This document shows positions 28,092-35,844 of a DNA stretch of 37,611 bases, piece by piece. The stretch spans positions 1 through 37,611 of the IMG/VR virus record IMGVR_UViG_3300025671_000186; one strand, 5' to 3'. The position numbers and the translations under genes were made by a program. The stretch comes from a virus (Duplodnaviria; Caudoviricetes). The notes under the pieces were generated by a model. It did no database searches, was not told where the DNA came from, and worked only from the letters and a program-made list of their open reading frames with translations. Every line of letters starts with the position of its first letter. Position 1 is the first letter of the stretch.

Positions 28092-28377
28092 AGGTGTAGC
28101 TTCGTTCACTTGTCACGAACGAAAGATAAAAGAGTGTAACGGTTGTAAAGAGGTTTTACCTTTTAGTCGTTTTTCAATGTCTAGTTGGAAAGGAACACCT
28201 AGAAGTTACTGTAACGTTTGTAGAAATAAAATACAGTGGGCGCGAAAAATGGAAAATAAAATAGAGCAATTCCCCACGCTTTACGCTCAATGCGATAACG
28301 ATGATTGCTGTTATATATGGGCGAGAAGTAGAGGAATGATCTGTCCTAAATGCAAGCTGGAACATAATGAACAGTAA
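28084..28377 (+). CDS. Zinc-finger protein
   Basis: CNGC, CNVC, C..C and CPKC pairs. Confidence 0.7.
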   Translation: MPKGVASFTCHERKIKECNGCKEVLPFSRFSMSSWKGTPRSYCNVCRNKIQWARKMENKIEQFPTLYAQCDNDDCCYIWARSRGMICPKCKLEHNEQ

Positions 28378-28624
28378 ATACCACAAGACCGTTAAACGTA
28401 AATACGATGAAACAATAGTTCACCATGAACAGAACTTTTGCAACTCGAAAGCTTTGTGGGGGTTTGAATCAACTCTGGATCAAGAGAAGATAACTTGCGT
28501 TGGTTGTTTAGCATCTGTCATGTGGCGAAGAAATAAAAAGATAATGGATTACCAAGATTGCTTGAATAGAGCGAGAGTATTGGTAGAAGCTAAGTTAACT
28601 GTTGAACGAGCGAGGATAGAATGA
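28367..28624 (+). CDS. Hypothetical protein, possibly Zn-binding
   Basis: H..C and ITCVGC residues; overlap-coupled to neighbours. Confidence 0.65.
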   Translation: MNSKYHKTVKRKYDETIVHHEQNFCNSKALWGFESTLDQEKITCVGCLASVMWRRNKKIMDYQDCLNRARVLVEAKLTVERARIE

Positions 28625-28809
28625 AAAACACCACTAAAGAAGCGTTGAAAAACATTAAATTATCTGACGGTGAAAAAGAGTTTTGTAATACTGTTAGAGA
28701 TAAAAATAGACTTAACAGGCGACCGACTAAACCAAAGTTTAAAGTTGAAACAAAATTCAACGGATCGGTTTACTTGAAAAAGAAAAGATTATTGGAGAGT
28801 GAAGGGTGA
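28621..28809 (+). CDS. Hypothetical basic protein
   Basis: ATGA coupling and a GAGG RBS. Confidence 0.6.
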   Translation: MKNTTKEALKNIKLSDGEKEFCNTVRDKNRLNRRPTKPKFKVETKFNGSVYLKKKRLLESEG

Positions 28810-28970
28810 CTGAAAAAGAAATACGCGACATGAAAAAACGTTTGGATTACTTAGAATACACTCTTCGTTTCATCAACGATTGGATCGATGAGTCCTATAA
28901 AATGTGGGGAAAATGGCCCATGCCCAAAGAGTTGCGGGACAGATTGAAAAAAGCGAAGGCGAACAATTAA
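28806..28970 (+). CDS. Hypothetical protein, 54 aa (not in track)
   Basis: GTGA overlap; MTEKEIRDMKKRLDYLEYTLRFINDWIDESYKMWGKWPMPKELRDRLKKAKANN*. Confidence 0.6.
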   Translation: MTEKEIRDMKKRLDYLEYTLRFINDWIDESYKMWGKWPMPKELRDRLKKAKANN

Positions 28971-29224
28971 AGCTCACCTAAGTATTCGCACTTTAATAAG
29001 AACTCAGTTCCACCCCACCCTAATCGAGGTGAATTGGAAGTCCATTCCATATAAGGTCTAGGTAAACCTTGCATTTTGTAAAAAGAATTTAACACTTTGT
29101 TGGTACACTTTCTACCGTCCATCACTTTCCAGTAAACACCGTCGTCACTCAATTCAGTAAAGATTGCAACTAAGTCACCATTAGGTTTTAAATAAACACC
29201 GGGTTTAAATATTTTATCGTTCAT
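28967..29224 (-). CDS. Hypothetical protein
   Basis: TAATG coupling at 29224; ends resemble those of 34133..34354. Confidence 0.65.
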   Translation of the reverse strand: MNDKIFKPGVYLKPNGDLVAIFTELSDDGVYWKVMDGRKCTNKVLNSFYKMQGLPRPYMEWTSNSPRLGWGGTEFLLKCEYLGEL

Positions 29225-29430
29225 TAATGTTCCGTATTTTTCCAAACTGTTTCGTTTAACTCGTCAATTCTTATTTCTATATTAATTAACCGTTTTGCCA
29301 TGAACGCCAAGAGTTCAAGATTTTCTCTTTCGTAAACGGTTAAACCATCGCTAGTAACATTCTTACGTTGATGGGAAATACGTTCTAAATCTTTATGTAT
29401 TTTATCTAAGTATGTTATGTCACTCATCAC
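29224..29430 (-). CDS. Hypothetical protein
   Basis: G-rich RBS; coupled to both neighbours. Confidence 0.6.
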   Translation of the reverse strand: MMSDITYLDKIHKDLERISHQRKNVTSDGLTVYERENLELLAFMAKRLINIEIRIDELNETVWKNTEH

Positions 29431-29558
29431 TCTCCCCCCTTTATCCTCTTGGCGAGTTGGATTGCTCTCTCGTAATCATCACCACCATAGTATTGTTCGT
29501 GCGATTGCAGCAATGCTTTTGCAAGCTCGTCGCGTTCTTTTTTCATTTCACAAGTCAT
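29427..29558 (-). CDS. Hypothetical protein, 43 aa (not in track)
   Basis: GAGGTG RBS; MTCEMKKERDELAKALLQSHEQYYGGDDYERAIQLAKRIKGGE*; fills the operon gap. Confidence 0.6.
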   Translation of the reverse strand: MTCEMKKERDELAKALLQSHEQYYGGDDYERAIQLAKRIKGGE

Positions 29559-29784
29559 ACTCACCTCTTTCTTTTTTCAATAACTGACAAATCTTAAATA
29601 GTCTCTTGGACTTTTTACGTACACCAAGTTGCTTAGAACAACCGCATAACAATGGAGTATAGTCTTCAACTGTGCGACTATATAAAGTACAAACATTTAA
29701 AGACTTTCTTTCAAAACGATCCAGTTTGTGAAGAGTGAAAATAAAATTACTAACTAATAACATGTTTAACGGTGTCATAACCAA
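29548..29784 (-). CDS. Hypothetical protein
   Basis: Fits the - strand operon. Confidence 0.5.
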   Translation of the reverse strand: MVMTPLNMLLVSNFIFTLHKLDRFERKSLNVCTLYSRTVEDYTPLLCGCSKQLGVRKKSKRLFKICQLLKKERGEYDL

Positions 29785-29796
29785 TACCCTTTAAGT

Positions 29797-30045
29797 TTAA
29801 AACCAACTCACAATTACGTTCCACCATTCTATGGCCGTTGCGCCTACGAAAGGGATAACTACACTGTAGAGAAACAGTATGAAAAATACTAAAAACACTG
29901 TGCCGACTATAAAAGTTATGGCGAAATCAACTATATTCTTAACGTCTTCGTTATCTTTATACTTATAATAAATAAAACCTAGTATCGCCAAGAGTGCAGA
30001 TATTCCTCCAACAATTGATGACCCTACTATAAATTCTAAACTCAT
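29797..30045 (-). CDS. Small membrane protein with two hydrophobic segments
   Basis: GAGG RBS; two long hydrophobic runs. Confidence 0.7.
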   Translation of the reverse strand: MSLEFIVGSSIVGGISALLAILGFIYYKYKDNEDVKNIVDFAITFIVGTVFLVFFILFLYSVVIPFVGATAIEWWNVIVSWF

Positions 30046-30097
30046 TATTTTAACCTCTTACGATAACCTTACTACTAATTCCTCTATATCTAGGCAT

Positions 30098-30352
30098 CTA
30101 CAACCCCACCTTTATCTTTAACTCTTTACCAGGCACAATTGCCTTAACTATCTTGGTGAACGTATCAATTGAAGGAGTCGCTTCACCATACTCATAACCG
30201 CTATATCCTGTTGAACTTTTGTAACCTACTAAACTAGCCACCGCCCTATGACTAAGACCTGCACTCTTTCTTAATTCACTTAGGAAGTCGGGAGAGATAC
30301 TTGTAAAGTTTCTACCTGTAACGCTCACCTTACCTGCTGTTACTGTTATCAT
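30098..30352 (-). CDS. XRE-family HTH regulator
   Basis: LSELRKSAGLSHRAVASLVG...YEYGEATPSIDT pattern. Confidence 0.85.
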   Translation of the reverse strand: MITVTAGKVSVTGRNFTSISPDFLSELRKSAGLSHRAVASLVGYKSSTGYSGYEYGEATPSIDTFTKIVKAIVPGKELKIKVGL

Positions 30353-31168
30353 TTAAAACCTCGGTCGAGTAAAATGATCTTTACTCTCACCATAAATCAA
30401 CTGCATTAGATATTCTGTTATACCACCTTCAATGTCTTCTTTTTCCGATACGTAAAGAGGAACCCTAACAGTGGTGTAACCAATACTTTTAGAACCATTT
30501 TTAAACTGTCTAAAAGATGCACCTTTTCTTATGGTTCCGGCCATTGCTCTAACAGTTGTAGAGTTATACTTTCCATTTAGAACGCCGTCTAAAATTTCTT
30601 GTCCTTCTGACCTACTAATAAGGTTAGATTTTTGAAGATTCGCAACGGTTGTAGCGGTACTTAAACCAACTAAACCTTTTTTTCTAACGGCATTGGTATC
30701 GGTGGTAATCTTCTCAGTGTATTTTTGAGGGAAAGCACCAAAAGCATTGAGTAACGATTCTACTCTTGCTTCAGTAATACCTAAACGAACGGAACACTCT
30801 TTTTTCGTTAGGAAATGTTTAGTAATAAGAAGTTTGAGAAGTCTACCTTGTTCAAAAGCTGAAACATCTTTACGTTGCAAGTTTTCAGACATATTAAAAA
30901 CCAAGAGGTCGGCCATATCCTTAATATTGTCGTTAATAACAGCGTCAACCGATGCTTCACCTAAATTTTTAACGGCCCTAAAACGACGATTGCCCGCCAC
31001 CAATACATAAGGTTTTTTACCTCTACCATTAAAAGCTTTAGTCACAACAACTGGCTGAATCAAACCGGATTCTTTAATTGACTCCATAAGCTCGGAACAA
31101 TCTTCTTCATTAGCTCTTGAGTTTTCAATAAGAGCTACATCACTTAACTTTACTTTTTTCAATAACAT
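30353..31168 (-). CDS. ParB/Spo0J-like protein (ParB N-domain plus HTH)
   Basis: L.ESIKESGLIQPVVV, LVAGNRRFRA and SENLQRKD motifs; HTH TKKECSVRLGITEARV. Confidence 0.9.
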   Translation of the reverse strand: MLLKKVKLSDVALIENSRANEEDCSELMESIKESGLIQPVVVTKAFNGRGKKPYVLVAGNRRFRAVKNLGEASVDAVINDNIKDMADLLVFNMSENLQRKDVSAFEQGRLLKLLITKHFLTKKECSVRLGITEARVESLLNAFGAFPQKYTEKITTDTNAVRKKGLVGLSTATTVANLQKSNLISRSEGQEILDGVLNGKYNSTTVRAMAGTIRKGASFRQFKNGSKSIGYTTVRVPLYVSEKEDIEGGITEYLMQLIYGESKDHFTRPRF

Positions 31169-31188
31169 TTTAGTCTCCTTAGTTATTA

Positions 31189-31458
31189 TTAAAACTCTCC
31201 CATAAGCGAAGGCCTACGTTCAAACATTCTCAATAGTCGCGAGTTTGTTTCATTAAAGGGGCGGGAACCTGTGATCCAGAGTCTAACCGCTTGGGGCGAT
31301 ACACCTAATAATTTTGCAAATTGGTTAATGTCGAGGGAGAAGCGTTTCATAAACGAATGTACTTCATCACCTGTTAAAGGGGTGTGGGTGTTCTTTGTTA
31401 AAGGGGTGTTATCACCTCTTAAAGGGGTGTTATCAATCCTTGGTAGTGTGTTAGTCAT
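31189..31458 (-). CDS. HTH (XRE/Cro-like) protein with a repetitive N-terminus
   Basis: QFAKLLGVSPQAVRLWITGSR. Confidence 0.8.
   Translation of the reverse strand: MTNTLPRIDNTPLRGDNTPLTKNTHTPLTGDEVHSFMKRFSLDINQFAKLLGVSPQAVRLWITGSRPFNETNSRLLRMFERRPSLMGEF
31366..31435. repeat. Three direct repeats with core TTAAAGGGGTGT
   Basis: Cores at 31374, 31398 and 31419 (spacing 24 and 21 bp). Confidence 0.85.
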
Positions 31459-31706
31459 AATTCAACTCCTTCCCTACTAGGGACCAATTCGTGAGAGATC
31501 GTAAATTTATTTTTAAAGTCGTCTAATTCTCTTACGAATATCACATGCGGGTCGTAGTATTTAACGTAAGATACCGCTTCAACCCATTCACCTGTTACAG
31601 GTTCTTTAAGTTTAACGAAACCAAGGATATTATAAACTTCCATGTCGTGCGACACATGTGCGCTACCTTTATAGTGGTAATTAGCACTCGTTACTAAATC
31701 GTTCAT
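31455..31706 (-). CDS. DUF1653-like protein
   Basis: YHYKG...Y.ILG...TGE...V.Y...FVR...F pattern. Confidence 0.75.
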   Translation of the reverse strand: MNDLVTSANYHYKGSAHVSHDMEVYNILGFVKLKEPVTGEWVEAVSYVKYYDPHVIFVRELDDFKNKFTISHELVPSREGVEL

Positions 31707-31747
31707 TTGTTTTAAGTCTCCAAAAGAATAAGTCTCAATGTTTAGAA

Positions 31748-31777
31748 AGCATATAACCCCAAATCAGGGTACGTCAA
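31748..31777 (-). promoter_or_regulatory. Sigma70-type promoter for the DUF1653-HTH-ParB operon
   Basis: TTGACG-N18-TATGCT on the - strand. Confidence 0.5.
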
Positions 31778-31780
31778 TAA

Positions 31781-32257
31781 TTAATTTTCAAATTCTTTTT
31801 TTAATTTTTCGTACTGTTTACGACGTTTCTCTTTATCGTCAGGTAACATGTCACTTTTAAGTTTGTAGCAAAGATAACCAGGAGCTTCTTCAGGCCTATT
31901 GGCCAATTTAGGTTTTTTATAAGTGGCGATAACACCAGATTTAATGAGGTCTTCTAAAGCTTTTAAAAGATCGGCCTTATCATCGATACCTATATCTTGG
32001 CGAGACAAACATAATAAATCTTTACCTAAGTGACCTTTAGCAGTTTTAACATAATTGATGATCTTTGCTTGATCTGACTCATTTGATTTAGCTGATACAA
32101 CACCAAGGTTGTAGTCGAAAGGGTTCTTATTCGACATTTCATTATCTAAAGCTATGGCCAATAAACGACTCTTAGGTATTTTCTTGTTTTCAGCATACTT
32201 ATAGAGTTCTTTATAGTGGTGTTCAGAAACGTAAGTCGTTAGCTTTCTAAATGGCAT
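31781..32257 (-). CDS. DNA-binding protein with an N-terminal ribbon-helix-helix and a possible C-terminal winged helix
   Basis: RKLTTYVSEHHYKELYKYAENKKIPKSRLLAIALD is a CopG/Arc-like pattern; GGAG RBS before ATG 32257. Confidence 0.65.
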   Translation of the reverse strand: MPFRKLTTYVSEHHYKELYKYAENKKIPKSRLLAIALDNEMSNKNPFDYNLGVVSAKSNESDQAKIINYVKTAKGHLGKDLLCLSRQDIGIDDKADLLKALEDLIKSGVIATYKKPKLANRPEEAPGYLCYKLKSDMLPDDKEKRRKQYEKLKKEFEN

Positions 32258-32354
32258 GGGTTTTATCTCCTTTTTAAAATTTCCCCAACCGTACACCGTT
32301 AGTAAATTGAAAGTCAAATGACGAAAACAGAGTGTGATAATATGCGATAAGATA

Positions 32355-32764
32355 TAGAACTATGTTCTAAACTAATGAATAAATAAAAATGGTTTATGTA
32401 TGTAAAGGGGCGGGCGTGGTTTTTGGAAAGTGCCTAATCACCCTTTTGTTAGGGAGTAAATATAGAAAACAAATGTTGCACTATATTTGCTTCCTAATTT
32501 ACACCCTTGGGTGGGACTCTCCAAAAATATCATATAAATTACACTATGTAAAACTCTTTAAAATCATACACTTACAGTTATCCTTGGTTACGTTAAATAA
32601 TGCAACGCTAATAAATAGTAAACGGAGCGTTATAAATAACTAATGTAAAAATTAGAACAGAGTTCTTCAAGGTGTAGAAGGGTAATATAAACGTAAAAGT
32701 AAACGAAGAACAGTGTTCCAAATGTTAGGGGGTGGAGAGTTGATAGTATTAAAGAACAGTGTTC
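32355..32764. repeat. Four GAAC-N3-GTTC palindromic boxes
   Basis: At 32357, 32655, 32708 and 32754; the last two share AGAACAGTGTTCCAAA. Confidence 0.75.
32420..32527 (+). ncRNA. Candidate structured non-coding RNA of unknown family
   Basis: 17-bp stem 32449-65/32481-97 with two G.U pairs, enclosed by CACCC/GGGTG and TTTTTGGA/TCCAAAAA. Confidence 0.5.
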
Positions 32765-32829
32765 CAAAATTAATCTATTGTCATATAACGTGGGAGTGGA
32801 TAGTAATGTTAAGTAAACGGAGAGTGATA

Positions 32830-33087
32830 ATGACGATATTTGATGCATTAAAGAGTTTAACAGAACGTGAGATATTCTTTTGTTTTCAAAGCAGGGCGGG
32901 TTATAAGTTCTACAATCTGGCCGTTGCTGATCCAACCGGAAAAGTTCACCACTTCCATTCTGATAACCTTGGCCATATAAAAGATGAGTTAGATTTGATG
33001 TGGGACTTTGATAAACCCGCTGTAGTTAAAACCACCGCAAGAGGTAGTAAAAAGTTACCCATTCCAGCGGGATTACCTGTACCATAA
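32830..33087 (+). CDS. Hypothetical protein
   Basis: GGAG RBS before ATG 32830 (MTIFDALKSL...). Confidence 0.65.
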   Translation: MTIFDALKSLTEREIFFCFQSRAGYKFYNLAVADPTGKVHHFHSDNLGHIKDELDLMWDFDKPAVVKTTARGSKKLPIPAGLPVP

Positions 33088-33090
33088 GAT

Positions 33091-33492
33091 ATGCCTAAAA
33101 AACCAAAGCAATTTAAACCCAATCGACACGTATCGAATAAGAAGTATAGAAGACCAGGACAACTCTCGGCTAGAGAGAAAGGTTACGATTCAAATTGGGA
33201 TAAGTATCGCTTCAGGTTCCTACATCACAATCCAAAGTGTTATGTGTGTGGTGCTAAATCAACGGTGGTGGATCATTACGTAGCGTGGAAAGTAGATAAG
33301 GAAAAGTATTTTTGGAATGAGCAAAACTTTTGTCCTATGTGTCAGTATTGTCACAACTACGTGACTGGAAAGTTTGATAAACATAAAGTACCGTTATGTG
33401 CAGAGAAGAGTGAGTGGATAAAAGAACAAAGAGAAAAGTTTAATATTAACATCAAGGTAAAAATTGTTAAGTTACCAAAGGAAGTTAAGTAA
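33091..33492 (+). CDS. HNH endonuclease, HK97 gp74-like packaging type
   Basis: SAREKGYD..W...R..FL..NP.C..CG....VDH...FW...N....C..CHN. Confidence 0.9.
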   Translation: MPKKPKQFKPNRHVSNKKYRRPGQLSAREKGYDSNWDKYRFRFLHHNPKCYVCGAKSTVVDHYVAWKVDKEKYFWNEQNFCPMCQYCHNYVTGKFDKHKVPLCAEKSEWIKEQREKFNINIKVKIVKLPKEVK

Positions 33493-33493
33493 T

Positions 33494-33715
33494 ATGAGTG
33501 ATCTATTTAAAAAGTTTGAAGAGTTATTAAAGAAGTACAACCTAACCAAGCAATACGCAGATAATGTTAAACAGTATCACAACAAAGCACCTGAAGAGTT
33601 TTGTAAAAGTGAACCTAACAATGGATGGGTGATGAGAGCGTTCAATTGGGAGAAGGTTACTCCAAACGCTAAGGTTTGGAAGAGAGTACATAAAGAGTGG
33701 GTAGGAATGTTGTAG
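33494..33715 (+). CDS. Hypothetical protein
   Basis: Fits the operon; Trp-rich C-terminus. Confidence 0.6.
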   Translation: MSDLFKKFEELLKKYNLTKQYADNVKQYHNKAPEEFCKSEPNNGWVMRAFNWEKVTPNAKVWKRVHKEWVGML

Positions 33716-34047
33716 TGGATTTAACACTCACTCGTCCTTGTGATAATTGTCCATTTAGAACAGACGTAACACCTTATTTGAGTTACGAAAGAGCTAATGA
33801 GATTGCGTTAGCTTTAGACTGTGATGAATCTTTCAGTTGTCACAAGACTTCAACATGTCAGGGAAAGAGTAACATGGACAAAGGTGTGAAACATTGTGCT
33901 GGAGCTATGATAATGATGGAGAAGATGAACAGACCTAATCAATGGATGAGAATATGTGAACGTATAGGTCATTACGACAGGAGAAAATTAGATATGAACT
34001 CTCCTGTTTACCATGACTTCGATCATTTCGTAGATGCTCATGAGTAA
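33697..34047 (+). CDS. Cys/His-rich metal-binding protein (DUF6283-like)
   Basis: PCDNCPFR, FSCHK and HCAGA motifs. Confidence 0.7.
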   Translation: MGRNVVVDLTLTRPCDNCPFRTDVTPYLSYERANEIALALDCDESFSCHKTSTCQGKSNMDKGVKHCAGAMIMMEKMNRPNQWMRICERIGHYDRRKLDMNSPVYHDFDHFVDAHE

Positions 34048-34132
34048 AAGGGTAGGCCCCTTCTTTTCTAGAGACTGAAAAAAAATTTAAGGGGGCGGTC
34101 ACTATTTGGATCGTCCACCAAGGAGAGACTTA

Positions 34133-34354
34133 ATGGAAGAAGATGTAAAGATTAAAGAAGGTATCTGGTTTCATCCAGAAAAGGGAACCGCAATAGTGTG
34201 GTTTAATTACGGTAAAAATAGATGGGTTATTCACCGTGGTAAATACTGGTTTTGTAAATATGCAAATGAATGGTTCCCATCAACTCAAGAATTTTTCATG
34301 AAGTCATACATAAATAAAGTAATGAAAGATTACGAATTTATTTGTGAATATTAA
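34133..34354 (+). CDS. Hypothetical protein
   Basis: AGGAG RBS before ATG 34133. Confidence 0.65.
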   Translation: MEEDVKIKEGIWFHPEKGTAIVWFNYGKNRWVIHRGKYWFCKYANEWFPSTQEFFMKSYINKVMKDYEFICEY

Positions 34355-34583
34355 ACCAATCCCTTGGTGAATGTTTAATAAATATAATTTATAAAATACC
34401 AAAAAATTTTTAAAATATTTTTGTAGTTTTTTTAAAATTTTATAAAATTATTTTTTTTTAATTTAATATTTTTAAAAAATGTTTCTAAATTTTTAAATTT
34501 TTTTAAATGATAATTTAATTATTATGGTTTTTGAAAAACCTATCGAAAGTGAGCTTTTTACAAACCAAAGATTTTACAATATT

Positions 34584-34596
34584 TAAGTGGTTGATT
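34584..34596. promoter_or_regulatory. IHF consensus site
   Basis: TAAGTGGTTGATT is the reverse complement of WATCAANNNNTTR. Confidence 0.5.
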
Positions 34597-34604
34597 TTAC
34601 TAGG

Positions 34605-34660
34605 GTTGTAAGTGCGCGAAATCACGTAGAAAATCAAAAGTTGTAAGTGCGCGAAATCAC
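34605..34660 (+). repeat. 21-bp exact direct repeat GTTGTAAGTGCGCGAAATCAC
   Basis: Copies at 34605 and 34640; degenerate copies near 34703 and 34810. Confidence 0.9.
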
Positions 34661-35160
34661 TAGGTTTTTCCAAAATTTCCAAAAATTCAAAAAACTGAAA
34701 AATGTAAGTGCCTGAAAATAGATGAAAATTACTAAATTTTGAAAACTATTTGTAAAGAAAACTTGATAATTCAAAGCTTTGAAACGATGGAAAAGACTAA
34801 ATGAATAGTTAAGTACCTGAAAATAGGTACAAATAACTAAATCATTTTTGAATTCTCTAAAATATTTCAAGTCATAAACCTTTATGAATCGTTTTCGGCC
34901 TTTCTAAGCGTTTTTAAAAAAATACCTATGTGTTAACTCACATAAAACGCTTAAAACGTTTCTATTCTATCGGTGCGCACGTTCGACGATAACTGTTTGA
35001 AATTATGTCAATAGTTTATCGGTGCGCTTTGAGCATAATCAATGAGGATAAAAGCGTGAAAATATTACATTTTTTAAATTTTTTTCCGAAAAGTCTTGTG
35101 TCGAACGTCGAACGATAGTAATATAAAGGTAGAAATTAAACATTAATAAGGAAAAACAAA

Positions 35161-35451
35161 ATGAAAGAAGAAACAAAAGAAAAACTATATAAAAAAACTT
35201 TTGAACATTTTAAGAATGACTTTGATTTAGAAAATGATGATAGCGGTTTCAAATTTTCGTTTGCCTTCGCTTTACGTGAAATATGCAATTTGTATCATGA
35301 CGGCATGTTTTCAGAATTATATATTCTTGGAAGTGCTTTAAGTATTGAATGGCGTTTTGATTCACCTTATGAAACGTATGACGAAAACGATATAGAACAA
35401 AAAGAATGTTACGAGTTTTTTTTAGATGAATTCAATTTAAGGGATATTTAA
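35161..35451 (+). CDS. Small acidic early-type protein
   Basis: AAGGA RBS; rich in D/E and aromatic residues. Confidence 0.75.
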   Translation: MKEETKEKLYKKTFEHFKNDFDLENDDSGFKFSFAFALREICNLYHDGMFSELYILGSALSIEWRFDSPYETYDENDIEQKECYEFFLDEFNLRDI

Positions 35452-35453
35452 AA

Positions 35454-35840
35454 ATGAAAAATGAATATTATATGGCTGATTATTATCATTGTAATAATTG
35501 CGACAATTACGCAGACGATATCATAAGTGAAAAAGAAAAAGTAATATGTGAAAATTGTGATGAAACAATGATAGCCGTTTTTAGTGAATTATTATTATCA
35601 GACTTCCATGGTATTTATATTCCTAAAGTTTTTGTAGAAAGTTTTGATTTAGAAAAATGGAATTTAAAACTTGATAAAGAAGAAAAAGAAATTTTAAATA
35701 ATCCCGAAAACGAATCATATTGGGATTCTTGGAATGATGTTTTAAACAATGCTGAATTAATCGATAAAGATAAAAATAAATATTTTTTGCATCAAGATGG
35801 TGACTTATTCGCAAAATGTTACGTTGAATTTAAAGGATAA
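35454..35840 (+). CDS. Acidic phage protein with an N-terminal zinc ribbon
   Basis: CNNC/CENC, then GIYIP...E.YW..W..VL.NA...LHQDGDL. Confidence 0.8.
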   Translation: MKNEYYMADYYHCNNCDNYADDIISEKEKVICENCDETMIAVFSELLLSDFHGIYIPKVFVESFDLEKWNLKLDKEEKEILNNPENESYWDSWNDVLNNAELIDKDKNKYFLHQDGDLFAKCYVEFKG

Positions 35841-35844
35841 AAAA

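Larger units (their letters stand above)
34355..35160. other. Very AT-rich non-coding control region (origin, genome end or early-promoter block)
   Basis: About 800 bp with no credible ORF, A/T tracts, and direct and inverted repeats. Confidence 0.7.

Noticed and set aside
32355-32764. Canonical Gram-positive SOS (Cheo) boxes
   Set aside because: The spacer is 3 nt in all four copies, not 4.
32650-32770. Mini-CRISPR array
   Set aside because: Repeats are only 11-16 bp with irregular spacing; operators explain them better.
32389-32935. Track ORFs 32389..32643 (+) and 32630..32935 (-)
   Set aside because: Atypical composition, no convincing RBS, and they overlap repeat and structure elements.
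34605-34870. CRISPR repeats or the 78-aa minus ORF in the AT-rich block
   Set aside because: Only two exact 21-mers separated by 14 bp; the ORF is a low-complexity F/N/K artefact of the repeats.
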